From assembly GCF_009914755.1 (NCBI RefSeq), contig NC_060925.1: a stretch of 64,000 bases of DNA. One strand, given 5' to 3'. The notes below the pieces were generated by a model that saw only the letters and a program-made list of their open reading frames with translations, made no database searches and was not told the DNA's origin. Made by a program: the position numbers and the translations under genes. Below are positions 1-12,692 of the stretch, in pieces. Within the stretch, counting starts at the first letter, position 1. Every line of letters starts with the position of its first letter. This DNA comes from the human T2T-CHM13v2.0 reference genome, Homo sapiens.

Positions 1-710
1 ATTAGCATTCCCACATGAACTAGAACTATTAAATCGTTAATAGTCTCTCTATGATTTTTCTACTTGACTTGTTATGACACTTTAATAATTCCATCAGAGT
101 TTAGGTATTGTGAAATGTTACAATTTATACTGCTGGGTTCCAAACACAAGGCATCAATAAAGCAAACTCTTCAGTGAGAATAAAATGTTAAATAAGTTAA
201 TGTTACATAGAAAACAACCACATGAATTACCCTACAATGTTACTGATTGATTTTTTAATTTTAATTTTCAATTTTAATTTTTATTTGGTTGTATAGAAAT
301 AATAAAGAAATCCTAGGGTGCTATCTGTAAGGTTATTTCTGATTCTTATGTTTTAAGCAAACAACTTTTTATTGTCATAACAAGTAGTTGTCTCAAATAT
401 TAGATAAGATGAAAATCAATTTACAAGCTGCATACATTTTAGCTTTGATTCTATCATCTGTTGTACCTTATGTCTGGGGAACAAAAAGTATTTGGCTCTT
501 ATAACCATGCAAGGCTCCTGATAGCCAGGTTCCAAGTCTACTTCTATTGCAGGCCACAGGCAGAAAGCACTTTTTTCTTGCCCAGAGGCCCATTCTCCAT
601 CTCTACTTGCAGACTAATTAGCTGTCAATTGAATTTCTCTCTCTTTTATAGGGCTCTGCTAAAAGTGAAAGGAAATAGTCAATGAACACCAACATTTTGA
701 ATTTTGCCAA

Positions 711-1083
711 TGCTATGGTTTGACTGTGTCCCCTAAAATTCATGTATTGAAACCTTCCTCCCCAATGCAACAGTCTTGAGAGGTGGGACATTTAAGAGGT
801 GACAAATGTTGTTATCTCAGAAGTGGGTTTCTTATCACAAGAGTGGATTTGGTATAAAAGCTAGTTTGGTCCTATCTTTCCTTGTTTCTCAGATGCTTTC
901 TGTCTGTATGATGCCTTCTGCAAAGTTCTGATGCAACAAAAAGGCCCTCTCCAGATGTGGCCCCTGAATCTTGGAGTTCTCAGTCTCCAGGACTATAAGA
1001 AAAAAACATCTTTTTTACAATTAATTATGCAGTGTTGGAAGTCTCCAACATTCTGTTAAAGCAACACAAAACAGACTAAGACA
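711..1083 (+). mobile_element. Solo MaLR LTR (MLT1A/MSTC-D group)
   Basis: Starts TGCTATGGTTTGACTGTGTCCCCTAAAATTCATGT and ends GCAACACAAAACAGACTAAGACA (TG..CA termini); ~370 bp, typical MaLR LTR. Confidence 0.85.
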
Positions 1084-1399
1084 GTCTACATTTCCTCCTC
1101 TTGCTACGTCCGTGAAGATATGGTCTACCTTCCAAGGGACTACAGTCTAAAGTTTGAACAATTGTGTGTGTGTGTGTTTGGTTTTTTGTTTATACAACAA
1201 AAACATCCTCACCTTTCCCAACTCTGCTATCCAAAATCTTCTGATTACCATTTATTCTAGAGTTTATTATAGGACATAATCTTGTACAGATATGAAATTT
1301 TGTAATTGTCAGGATCTAGGATTGGCTGGAAAATAGGAAAACAAAATCATAGTCACATGGGCAACATGAAAATATATTTTTTTCTTTCTTAAAAACACG

Positions 1400-1720
1400 A
1401 AGAAGGCCGTTTTGTTCCGCCAGGATGTGTAAGAATCCAAGCTCCTCCAATCTTCTTGCTCTATAATATAGTCCCAAACTTCTTGCCATCAATCAGCCTT
1501 TCAAGCAGCAGTACAGAGTATGTTAGAAAGTGTTAGAAGTTAAATGGAACATCTTCTATTTTTAAAGAAAAAAGAAGAAGTAATACACTTCACTTACACT
1601 CACACCCATTGGGCAGAACTTAGTCAAATGACCACACTTTAAACTGAAGAGAAGCTGAGAAATGTATTATTTATTCCCAGCAGCCATATGCCATGTTAAA
1701 AGTTCCACTACAGTGGAACA
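1400..1720 (-). mobile_element. Old MLT1-type LTR fragment
   Basis: CCCATTGGGCAGAACTTAGTCAAATGACCACAC...GCTGAGAAATGTA resembles the reverse of old MLT1H/I/J LTRs; boundaries approximate. Confidence 0.45.
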
Positions 1721-1911
1721 AGGGTGGTATGGGTTTAAAAGGAATTCTACCAGTTTTCTATACTACAGTCATACCACAGAATGATATATGGTTCTATTAA
1801 ACAGGAATATATAGTATACACTATGCAATTAATCATGTGGTTTCTAACTATATAATGGAACATTTAACAAAACTAGAAGAATAGATGTACAATGTATCCT
1901 TATAATGGTAG

Positions 1912-1990
1912 TTGTTTTATTAACAGCTTTGTTAAGGGTTAGTTAACATACAATAAATTGCACGTTTAAAGTATACAATTTGATAGATGT
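1912..1990 (-). mobile_element. 3' end fragment of an old L1M
   Basis: TTTTATTAACAGCTTTGTTAAGG..ACATACAATAAATTGCAC..TTTAAAGTATACAATTTGAT is the antisense L1MB-type 3' terminus. Confidence 0.55.
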
Positions 1991-2128
1991 GTTTCTATGT
2001 GTATATGTATGTATATACATCGGTACATATGTAGTATTGTATCATAGTTTCATGAAACGTGTATGTATATACACACGTATGTGTATACACACGCATACAT
2101 TCCATGAAACTGTCATATACACATATAG
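1991..2128. repeat. Degenerate (TG/TA/CA)n low-complexity tract
   Basis: Alternating purine-pyrimidine runs GTGTATATGTATGTATATAC...ACACACGCATAC. Confidence 0.7.
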
Positions 2129-2130
2129 CG

Positions 2131-4830
2131 CTTTTAGGTGTTTAATCCATCTTGAATTGATTTTTGTGTATGGTGTAAGGACAGGATCTAATTTCAATCC
2201 TCTGCAAATAGCTAGCCAGTTATCTTAGCACCATTTATTGAATAGAGTTTCCTTTCCCCATTGCTTGATTTTGTCAGCTTTGTCAAAGATCAGATGGTTG
2301 TAGGTGTGTGGCTTTATTTCTGGGCTCTCTATTTTGTTCTGTTGGTCTATGTGCCTGTTTTTGTACCGGTACTATGATATTTTGTTTCCTGTAGCCCTGT
2401 AGTATAGTGTGAAGTTGGGTAATGTGATGCCTCTAGCTTTGTTCTTTTGTGCTAAGGATTCCCTTGGCTATTTCGGCTCCTTTTTAGTTCCATATAAATT
2501 TTAAAATAATTTTCCCTAGATCTGTGAAGAATGTCATCAGTAGTTTTATAGGAACAACATTGAATCTGTAAATTGCTTTGGGCAGTACGGCCATTTTAAC
2601 AAAATCGATTCTTCCTATCCACGAGCATGGAGTGTTTTTCCACTTGTTTGTATCATCTCTGATTTCTTTGAGCAGTTTTTGTAATTCTCATTGTAGAGAT
2701 TGTTCAGTTTCATGGTTAGCTGCATTTCTAGGTATTTTATTTTTTGTGTGTGGCAGTTGTGAATGAGATTGTGTTCTTAATTTGGCTCTTGGCTTGGGTG
2801 CTGTTAGTGTATTTTTGTACATTGATTTTGTACATTGATTTTGTACTGATTTTTGTACATTGATTTTGTATCTTGAAACTTTGCAGAAGTTGATTATCAG
2901 GTCAAGGAGCTTTTGCACAAAAACTATAAGGTTTTTCAGATATAGAAGCATGTTGTTTGCAAACAGGGATAATTTGACTTGCTCTTTTCCTATTTGGATG
3001 CCTTTTATTCTTTCTCTTGCCTGATTGCTCTGGCCAGGACTTTAAATGCTATGTTGGATAGGAGTGATGAGAGTGGGCATCTTTGTCATATTCCAGTTTT
3101 CAAGGGGAATGCTTCCAGCTTTTGCCCATTCAGTATAATGTTGGCTGTTGGTTTGTCATAGATGGCTGTTACTATTTTGAAGTATGTTCCTTTAATGCCT
3201 GGTTTACTGAGGGTTTTTAACATGAAGGGGTGTTGAATTTTATCGAAAGCCATTTTTGTATCTATTGAGATAATCATGTGGTTTTTGTCTTTAGCTCTGT
3301 TTATGTGTTTAATCATATTCATTGATTTGCATATGTAGAACCAACCTTGAATCCCAGAGATAAAGCCTACTTGATCATGGTGGATTTGCTTTTTCATGTG
3401 CTGCTGGATTTAGTTTACTAGTATTTTTAAAAGGATATTTGCCTCTATATTTATCAAGGATATTGGCCTGAAATTTTCTTTTATTGTTTTGTTTCTGCCA
3501 GGTTTTAGTATCAGGGCAATGCTGGCCTCATGGAATGAGTTGGGGATGAATCTCTCCTCCTCAATTTTTTGGAATGGCTTCAGCAGGAATGGTACAAGCT
3601 CTTCTTTGTACGTCTGGTAGAATTCACCCATGAATCCATCTGGTTCTGGGCTTTTTTCAGTTGGTAGGCTATTTATTACTGATTCTGTTTCAGAGCTTGT
3701 TTTTGGTCTATTCAGCAATTCAATTTCTTCCTGGTTCAGTCTTGGGAGGATGTATGTGTCCAGGAATTTATCCATTTCTTCTAGATTTTCTAGTTTGTGT
3801 GCATAGACATATTCACAGTAGTCTCTGATGGTTATTTTTATTTCTGTTGGGTCAGTGATAACATACATTTTGCCATTTTTAATTGTGTATATTTGGATCT
3901 TCTCTTTTCTTTTTTATTAGTCTAGCTAGTGGTCTATCTTGTAAGTTTTTTTCAAAGAGTCAACTTCTGAATGTATTGATCTTTTGTATGGCTTTTTCTA
4001 TCTTTATTTCCTGAAGTTCAGCTCTGATTTTGGTTATTTCTTGTCTTTTGCTAGGTTTGGGGTTAATTTGCTGTTGCTTCTCTAGTTTTTCCAGTTGTAA
4101 TGTTAGGTTGTTAATTTGAGATCTTTGTAACTTTTTGATGTGGGTGTTTGGTATTATAAATTTCCCTGTTAACCTTGCATTAGCTGTGTCCCAAAGATTC
4201 TGGTATGTTGTGTCTTTGTTCTCATTACAAAAAACTTGTTGATTTCTGCCTTAATTTCATTATTTACCCAAGAGTTATTCAGGAGCAGGTTGTTTAATTT
4301 CCACGTACTTTCATGGTTTTGAGTGATTTTCTTGGCCTTGATTTCTATTTTTGCTGTGCTGTGGTCTGAGAGTATGGTTGATATGATTTCAGTTTTTTTG
4401 AGTTTGCTGAACATTGTCTCATGTCTGATTGCATGTTTGATTTTAGAGTATGTACCATGTGGCGATAAAAATAATGTATATTCTGTTGTCTTTGTTGGAG
4501 AATTCTGTAGAGTCTATTAGGTCCATTTGGTCAAGTGTTGAGTTCAGGGCCTGAATCTCTTTATCAATTTTCTGTCTTAATGATCTGTTGAAGTCTGCCA
4601 TTATTATTGTGTGTGAATCTAAGTTACTTCATAGGTGTCTAAAAACTTGTGTTATGAATCTGGGTACACCTGCATTGGTGAATATAGATTTAGAATATTA
4701 GGTCTTCTTGTTGAATTGAACTCTTTACCATTATGTAATGTTCTTCTTTGTCTTTTTTTTTAATCCTTGTTGGGTTACAGTCTGTTTTGTCTGAAATTAG
4801 GACTGCAACCCCTGCTTTTTCTGTTTTGCA
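2131..4830 (-). mobile_element. L1 (L1PA-old/L1PB-type) ORF2 fragment, pseudogenised
   Basis: Minus-strand ORFs 4169-4414 ([30 protein letters not shown], end of endonuclease region), 3410-3868 ([30 protein letters not shown]) and 3086-3397 ([35 protein letters not shown]) are L1 ORF2p; stops and frameshifts lie between them. Confidence 0.95.
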
Positions 4831-5725
4831 TCAAGAATTTTTAAATTAAATAGTGCTATTTAGTTATTTATTTCTTCTTGAGTGAATTTTGGTAGTTTTG
4901 TACGTTTTAAGGAATTTGCCTATTTCATCCAAGTTGTTGAATTACTGGCACAATGTTGCTCATGATACTTTCTCATTATCCTTTTCAAATCTGTGGAATC
5001 TACAGTGATGTGACCTCTCATTTCTGATACTCATATTTTGTGTCCTTTCTTTTTTCCTGATCAGCCTGGCAAGGGATCTCTCAATTAACTGATTTTTTTG
5101 GTTGTTGATTTCTTTCTATTGGTTTTATTTCTTTCATAGTTTTCTGATAGATCTTTATTATTTCTTTCTTCATCTTATTTTGAGGTTTTTTGTTTTGTTT
5201 TGTTTTGTTTTGATGGAGTCTCACTCTGTCACCAAGGCTGGAGTGCAGTGGCATGGTCTCAGCTCACTGCAACCCCTGTCTCACAGGTTCAAGTGATTCT
5301 CCTACCTCAGCCTCCTGAGTAGCTGGGACTACAGGTGCCTGCCACCACACCCAGATAATTTTTGTATTTTTAGTAGAGACAGGGTTTCACTATGTTGGCC
5401 AGGCTGGTCTTAAACTCCTGACCTCGTGATCCCCCTGCCTCAGCCTTCCAAAGTGCTGGGATTACTGGTGTGATCCACCACACACAGCCTTGAGTTTTCT
5501 TTACTGTTCCTTTTCTAGCCTCTTAAGGTGAAACTGAGGTCATTGATTTTAGACCTTTTTCTTTTTTTCTAATATAAGCATGTACTGCTATAAATTTCCC
5601 TCATATTATTATATTAGCTGCATCCAACAAATTTTGATATGCTGTTTTAAAATTTTTATTTAGCTCAAAATAAGATGCATTTTGAATTGATTTTTGTGTA
5701 TGGTGTGATGTAGGGGTAAATGTTC
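4831..5725 (-). mobile_element. Older L1M ORF2 fragments, interrupted by an Alu
   Basis: Diverged antisense L1 sequence (AAGGAATTTGCCTATTTCATCCAAG; ACTGCTATAAATTTCCCTC; TTGAATTGATTTTTGTGTATGGTGT). Confidence 0.7.
5186..5489 (-). mobile_element. AluS (Sg/Sc-like)
   Basis: Full antisense Alu with (TTTTG)n tail; CTGACCTCGTGATC 2-bp deletion diagnostic; TSD-like TTGAG(G)TTTT on both sides. Confidence 0.95.
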
Positions 5726-6069
5726 ATGAAATTATTTTTATGAAAATAAACAATTAAAAATAAATCTCTAGGAATACTTATAGATGTAATAAAATAACAA
5801 TAAAAAGAAAGCAAGGGGACAATGAACATGGGATTCAAATTAATGATTACTTCTGGGTCAGGAGAGTCAGGGTTTGTGATGAGGGGTTATACTGTTTATA
5901 TGTAAATATTGTATGAACTAGCTTTTATGTTTAGTAGTGGTTTCGAGGGTGCTTATTAGACGATTATACCAGCTAGCCAAACAAAAACAGCCACATATGG
6001 ACTAATGATGAGGATGTATCATTAACCAAGGATGCAAATAATCAAATTCTGTTTAATATATGTGGAAGA

Positions 6070-6545
6070 AAACAAAGCAAGAAATTCCATTCTTGAGTAT
6101 ATATCCCAAAGAAATTCTTGAACATAGAAAAGAAAACACATATAAAGAATGCTCAGAGCAGATTTATAATAGCAATAAGATTGAAACAACTTAAGTGCCT
6201 ATTAACAAAATAATGGATAAAATGTGCCATGTTTACATAATGGGATACCGTATACCAGTGAAAATGAACAAATTACTGTTACAGAATCAACAATTATAAT
6301 TCCCTGGAAAAGCTGGTAGCTTAAAAATATACAGAATATAATACCACTGATATAAATTCCAAAAATTTGCAAAGCATTTGCATATATATTCTTAATTAAC
6401 ACATATAGAGTAAAATGAAAAGAAATGCATGTGAATGATAATCTGAATTCAAAAAGATGACTACATCTGGTGGAAAGAAGGAATTGAGAAGAGGAAGGGA
6501 ACTCAGGTGGCTTGAACTATATAGTTAATAATCTATTATTTGAGC
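6070..6545 (+). mobile_element. Old L1ME-type 3' region fragment
   Basis: AATTCCATTCTTGAGTATATATCCCAAAGAAA...ATGGATAAAATGTGCC..ACATAATGGGATAC matches the L1 ORF2 end/3' UTR in sense. Confidence 0.6.
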
Positions 6546-7184
6546 TTGTTTTACATGAACAAAGAAGGCCTTGGGGATTACTCCTAATACTACTTTATCT
6601 TTCTGCCCCTGCCTATTCACATTTATACTGGAGAGCTTGTTTCTCTTTCAGGTGAAATCTAAAGCAAGTGTCATGACTTTTCAGATCACATATAAAAAAT
6701 TTCCCCATTACTTCTAGTCACAAAAAAAGTGTCCCTTTAGTCATTGGTGTATCCATGGTGCAATTATAAAATTCCAACTCTATGTAAAGTTAAAGCATCT
6801 TATCTCCCCTAACTCAGGCTGCTTCCCGTTGGCCTTATGCAGCAGTGAGTGAGACATGCTAGACTTCCCATCTTCTTGCTCAACTAGAGGTTCCTCCTTT
6901 CCTCCTGGACTCTCTAGGTTGCCTCTGTATTCTTCAGGGTGGAATCCTGCATGTGGGTGGGAGGATCAACCTTACTTGATTGGGACTATTAATGTAATCT
7001 AGTATATTGGAGGGCCATAGGCTTAATCCATTACTAAAAGCTGACTCTCTCTCTAGCTTTTTCGTGTTTTTGTCGAGTGAGGAGATTGCCCCTGAGTAAC
7101 ACTACAGGAAATCTCTGACTTGCAGTTACCTTGTACAGAGAAACTCTCTTATATCCTGGGGATCCAGGAGTACTCACCCAGCCT

Positions 7185-7570
7185 CTTTCATTCCTGCTGC
7201 CACTGGCTTTGTTTAGGTTCCCAGGGCTCTCATCTGGACCATTGTAATAGCTTTTCAACTGGTCTCCCTGCTTTCAGCTTCTCCAACCTCGGTTACTTTC
7301 TCCATATTTCCATCAGTGCTAGTGATTAGTACACTTTTCTACTTAACATTTGAAGGTTGTTTCTTTCTATATAATATAGCCCATATTCCTTTGTCCAGCA
7401 TAAGATGGCATTCACAATTTATGCAGAATTTAACCTTTCTAATCTTATTTCTATCTTCCACAGCATGTACAGTCCACTTCCGCCACACTAAACTTATACA
7501 TGTTCTCTCATGGATCCATATGCGTATACATGCTGGAATTTACTTTTCTTCTCTTTCTGCATTTTGCCCT
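7185..7570 (+). mobile_element. L2 fragment
   Basis: CTCTCATCTGGACCATTGTAATAGCTTTTCAACTGGTCTCCCTGCTT is the L2 core motif. Confidence 0.6.
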
Positions 7571-7655
7571 TAATGCTGCCCTATATAGCATGGATTATAG
7601 TGTCTTTCTATCACAAATATATTATACAATTATGCTTGTCCTCTCCTTTCTCTGA

Positions 7656-7993
7656 TTTTTTTTTTTTTTTTTTTTTTTTAGATGGAATCTCACTCTGTCT
7701 CCTAGGCTGGAGTGCAGTGCCGCGGTCTCTGCTCGCTGCGACCTCTGCCTCCTGGGTTCAAGCGATTCTCCTGCCTCAGCCTCCTGAGTAGCTGGGATTG
7801 CAGGTGCCTGCCGCCACACCCGGCTAATTTGTGTGTGTGTGTGTGTTTTTTTGTTTTTGTTTTTTTTTTTTTTAGTAGAGACAGGGTTTCAGCATATTGG
7901 CCAGGCTGGTCTCAAACTCCTGACCTTAGGTGATCTGCCCACTTCAGCCTCCCAAAGTGCTGGGATTACAGGCGTGAGCCACCATGCCCAGCC
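7656..7993 (-). mobile_element. AluS with microsatellite-expanded central linker
   Basis: Poly-T then antisense Alu; the linker contains (TG)n plus a T-rich expansion at ~7828-7873. Confidence 0.95.
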
Positions 7994-8474
7994 CTCCAAT
8001 ATATTAATGTATATTACAGGTTAGCCAGTTCAGTATACTGATGCTTAGCGGAGGCTCTCAGCTAATGAGCCCTAGAGAGACTTTCACACAGTGCCTCGCT
8101 ATGAGTGGTGGTGCACATTGGTTTTAAACTCTGTATTAACTTCTCTTTGGTCTGTCTTTCTTCCATTAATATATCTTTTGGCAAAATGCTTTGATCCTTC
8201 GTAGCTGACAAAATAAATACAAATGATGCTATTGGAAGTGCTGAAAAATTACCAAGAAAGTATATCATAAAGTTTTATATATTCAGTGGCTCATTGAAGG
8301 TAATAGTCAATAAATAAGAAAGCAAAGACCAGCAAACAGTTAAAGATTGAAAGAAGCACTTTTACTTTATAAAGGGCATTATCATATAAATCACTGCAGC
8401 TTGGGTGGATTGACCTGGTATTGTATGAACAGCATGTGAACAAGATTGTGGCTTGAAACAATTGTGAGAATTCT

Positions 8475-8786
<312 letters not shown>

Positions 8787-9029
8787 TTTTTGTTTTTTTT
8801 AAAGAGAGAATTCCACAGCTGGTTTAGTATATGGTGCTTAGTATAAAGCTGAGATGGGAACCACATCACAAATACAGCATATCTTGCTTCATCATTCAGT
8901 AGTTTATTTATTTTCAGAAACGTATAACCTGCACTAAGGAGAGATATGCCCATATTATCTTATCAGTTCTTCAGGATCCCAAATTGCCCTTTGTTCTCTG
9001 CAATCTTCATTCCTGAGCTACCTTAGGCA

Positions 9030-9240
9030 AAACTATTTCATCTTTTCTGTTATAAACACAGCATCCACACATACCTTTACCATGATACTTACCATATTGA
9101 AGTGTGTATTTGTCTGTCTCCATAAATATATTTTGAGCCTCTTTGGGGCAGGGATCATGGCTTATCCATCTTTGTATCTGTAACACTTAGCATAGATTTT
9201 GACACATAGCAGATGCTTGATAAATATTTGTAGAAACAAA
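9030..9240 (+). mobile_element. L2 3' end
   Basis: GGGGCAGGGATCATGGCTTATCCATCTTTGTATC..ACACATAGCAGATGCTTGATAAATATTTG, L2 terminus. Confidence 0.65.
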
Positions 9241-9409
9241 ATAAAATGTTTACCATAGTTCTTCATTGAAACTCATAAAATTTGCACTTCCTTCCTCCCC
9301 AGACACTTACCCACCTATGTGAAGGGAAAATTTGATTCAGAATAATAAATAGAAAATATTACACTATCTAGAGCTGGCCTTGAAATAAAAGACAGCTTTG
9401 TTACTTCCA

Positions 9410-10330
9410 CTCTCTGATTCCTCTCAGTGGCTCTTGTCAAGATCACCTATCACCTAAATTGTAAATATCACAATAAAGATTTTTCAGCCCCTGCCATATG
9501 GGAAAAGTTAACTTCTCATACTCATGTGGTCTTCAGAAATCCTTTTCTTACGTGATTTCCATAATGATCTCCTCCTCTGGTTTTCTTTAGTTTTCAGGCT
9601 TCTTCTTCTTCTTAGTTCCTTAGTAACTGTCCCCTTACTTATTTTATTCTTTAGCACTCTTATGTTCTCATTTTACACATACTTAGGCAGTCATTGCTGG
9701 TTAGGTTTTAATTATTATCTGTCTATTGATCATTCTCAAATCTCCATCTGTAGCTAAAATCTCTCCATCAGACTCAGAATTATATAATCACCATCCATCT
9801 GGTTGTTCAACATGAAATTCAACATAACATCCTCTCCAAGAAAGAGAAAAAAATGTCCTTTTCCTATAGTATTTTATGCCACAATTGGGTTCTGCCAGTC
9901 ATCCCAGCCAGAAATCTGCCATGCAGTGATGAATCCTTGCATCTTCCTCATATGATCGTCTTCCTTGTTGCATACACCTGCTCCTCTTTACCTTCTCATC
10001 CTTCTTGCACTACACATTCTCTATATCACCCTCCTTCCAATCAGTCCCCTCCGTCTTGCCAACCAAATTCCCATGTCACTCTTTGGCTTAAAACCTAGCC
10101 AATAGAGCTCTGCTGTAATGATAAAGAAATCCAAATTCCTTGGCACAACATGTAATAAAAGACTTTTTATGATCCAGGCCTGTCTAGCCTTACCTCTTGG
10201 CCTTCTCATGTCTTACTCTAAGTTCCTTTTATGCCAAAACACTCGTGGCTCTTTCGAGTGCTCTGTCCTCTCATTTCCAGTCTTTTTGTATACTACATGT
10301 CTTCTTGGAAAATCCTTACCCCACATGTGT
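9410..10330 (+). mobile_element. L2 fragment(s)
   Basis: CTCTCCTGGTTTTC.., CTCAAATCTCCATCTGTAGC, ATAAAGAAATCCAAATTCCTTGGCA..TTTATGATCCAGGCC are diverged L2 segments. Confidence 0.55.
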
Positions 10331-10364
10331 TTTCCTTGGCAAAAGTACCTGTCTTAATCAATTG

Positions 10365-10520
10365 TTTGCCTTTACTCAACAAATATTTATTACGTATTTT
10401 AGATACTCTCTGAGTTCTGGAGATAATCGCTGAAAGAAAAAATTTAGTGCCTTCTCTCATGAAGCTTAGATTTTAGCAGGGGAGAAAGTAATTAAACTGA
10501 TAATTGTACTAATAAATATG
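10365..10520 (-). mobile_element. L2 3' end (antisense)
   Basis: TTTACTCAACAAATATTTATT..TGCCTTCTCTCATGAAGCTTAGATTTTAGCAGGGGAGA. Confidence 0.55.
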
Positions 10521-12466
10521 TAATTACAAGCTCAGGCAAAGGGAATAAGTAAAAGTAAAAGGTATGTTGAAAAATTACCACAGCACAATTTCCTCTCTCA
10601 TAGTAATTATCATACTGCATTGACATTGCTTTCCAAGTACCCCAACTAGGTTGTGAGCTTCTTAAGGGCAGGGATTTCTGAAATATTTCTTTTTATATTT
10701 TCAAAAAGAATTTGGGCTTCAGAAGGGAATGAGTGACTATTTCTTGAACTAATGAAATAATTTGCACCTGTCAGGTGTAGAAGTGGGTAGTATGTTGGCT
10801 GTCTCAGAAGTGTTCTGCATAATTGCATAGGTGGATGGCCTGCTGCTTATGGTTCTGTGGAAGAAATTTCCATATTTGGGAAGAAGTGAGTTAATTGATT
10901 TCTGTTGTCCTTGCAACAAAAAATATTATGATAGTTTAGTTACTCATGGGATTAAATGACCTATAAGAGGGAATCTGGCCTTGTGTACTTTGCTGTATAA
11001 CAGCTGACAAAATGCTTCCTATGAGTGACCATTTACTGTGTGGGAATATGAGAATATAGATGACTAATTTTTTTTAAGGCCCTCATTGTTAACTTCAGAA
11101 TAATCTAAAAGACATGGAGGTAGTCTACAAGTAGACTTGGCTGTGATGTGGTTGGCAAGCTAAATAAAAGCTTAAGGACTCAGCGGCTATTATTGTTTTG
11201 AATATTTGCTTTGTTAATTATAATATTTCCTTGATCCGTGGATCTAAACTGCCTAATAAGATTGTATTTTCCATGATTTGAAATATCAGACAAAAAGCAG
11301 GGAAATTGCAATTTTCTAGATAGACTCGAAGCGGAAAACTAGGTGATATTTAATAAGCCAATTCATTTCCTTTTTCCTTTACTGCTTCCCTCACCATGGA
11401 AGCAGGGGCTTTGCTTTCTGAAATTGACAAGAATTGACAACCCTTTGTTACAGCGTGAGATGCCTGATCCTATTCCAAGATTTTCTGTCTTGGTGCCCAT
11501 AACACCCACCCCTCTTTTCTTTGGATGGTGCTTAACACAATGCATTTGTGGCTTGCCATGTTTGAGGATGGAAATGACTACAGCTTGGTAGAGGAAAAAA
11601 TACTTTTCAGTGGTTTTTGTTTTTGCTTGTTATGGCTCTGAATATTTCCTGCTTTGACATGATGGCTAAAATGTGCACAGCATTTCTGTGCCATCCGCAA
11701 ACATATTTTCAGCATGCCTGTTTTCATGAAAAAAGTGAAGGAAGCATAAGCTTGGCACAGCACTAAGTATGGGGTGTGTACAAGGAGACCATCTGTCCCA
11801 GAGACATGCTGCTCTGCTGACACACAGGAGGAAAGGAATCTGTGAAATCACAATATGGATTTTTAAGGCATTAACTAGTGAGTAACTTGGGTAATGGTCT
11901 TGAGGGCACCACTCTTGCTATTTACTGAAAGTTCCTCCCTCCACTTCAACCCCATTTCAGTAACTTGTGGTCAGATCAATATTTATTAGGCCATTACTTT
12001 ATGTAACAAAAAGTATGTCATCATTCTCATGTTAGTGAAGAGGGAAGGATGCAGAGTGCTAGTTAGCAACATATTTCAGTTAAAAAATGTGTCAGTTAGC
12101 CATGCCATTAGGGAGAGGTGCTGTTTTTCCTACCCTTCCACTGGAGCTGGATGAGTTGGAAAAAGCTATAATTAAGACTTTGGAACCTGCTACAGAGCCA
12201 CCTTCATTAATCTCTTTTTGGGGACTGCTGCCAGGTGCTGCTGGAGTGACCACATCTTAGTAATGTCTTCCTATGGAAATCTAAATTTATTCTATGGAAC
12301 TATAGGATCTATCTCAAGTATGATAATAAAGATTTATGTTCAGAAAATACTCAGCTTTTCTAGAAATTATTTTCTTCAAGCATTGGCTTAATATTAGTTG
12401 TTCCAACTGAATGGATTTAATTGGGTCAAAATCCTCACTCTCCTGGGCTAATTCTTGATCCAGATC

Positions 12467-12495
12467 AAGAAAGATAGAGAGTGAGAAAAAGAGAG

Positions 12496-12540
<45 letters not shown>

Positions 12541-12544
12541 AGAA

Positions 12545-12584
<40 letters not shown>

Positions 12585-12621
12585 AAAAAAGAAGAAAGAA
12601 AGAAGGAAAGAAAGAAAGAAA

Positions 12622-12686
<65 letters not shown>

Positions 12687-12692
12687 AAAAGA
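12467..12692. repeat. Compound (GA)n/(GAAA)n microsatellite
   Basis: Almost pure purine tract: (GA)n followed by many GAAA units. Confidence 0.98.

Noticed and set aside
1033-1050. TGTTGGA-AGTC-TCCAACA mini hairpin
   Set aside because: 7-bp arms are expected by chance in 64 kb.
2688-4414. ORFs with RT/endonuclease similarity as a novel retroelement system
   Set aside because: Ordinary broken L1 ORF2 fragments with stops and frameshifts.
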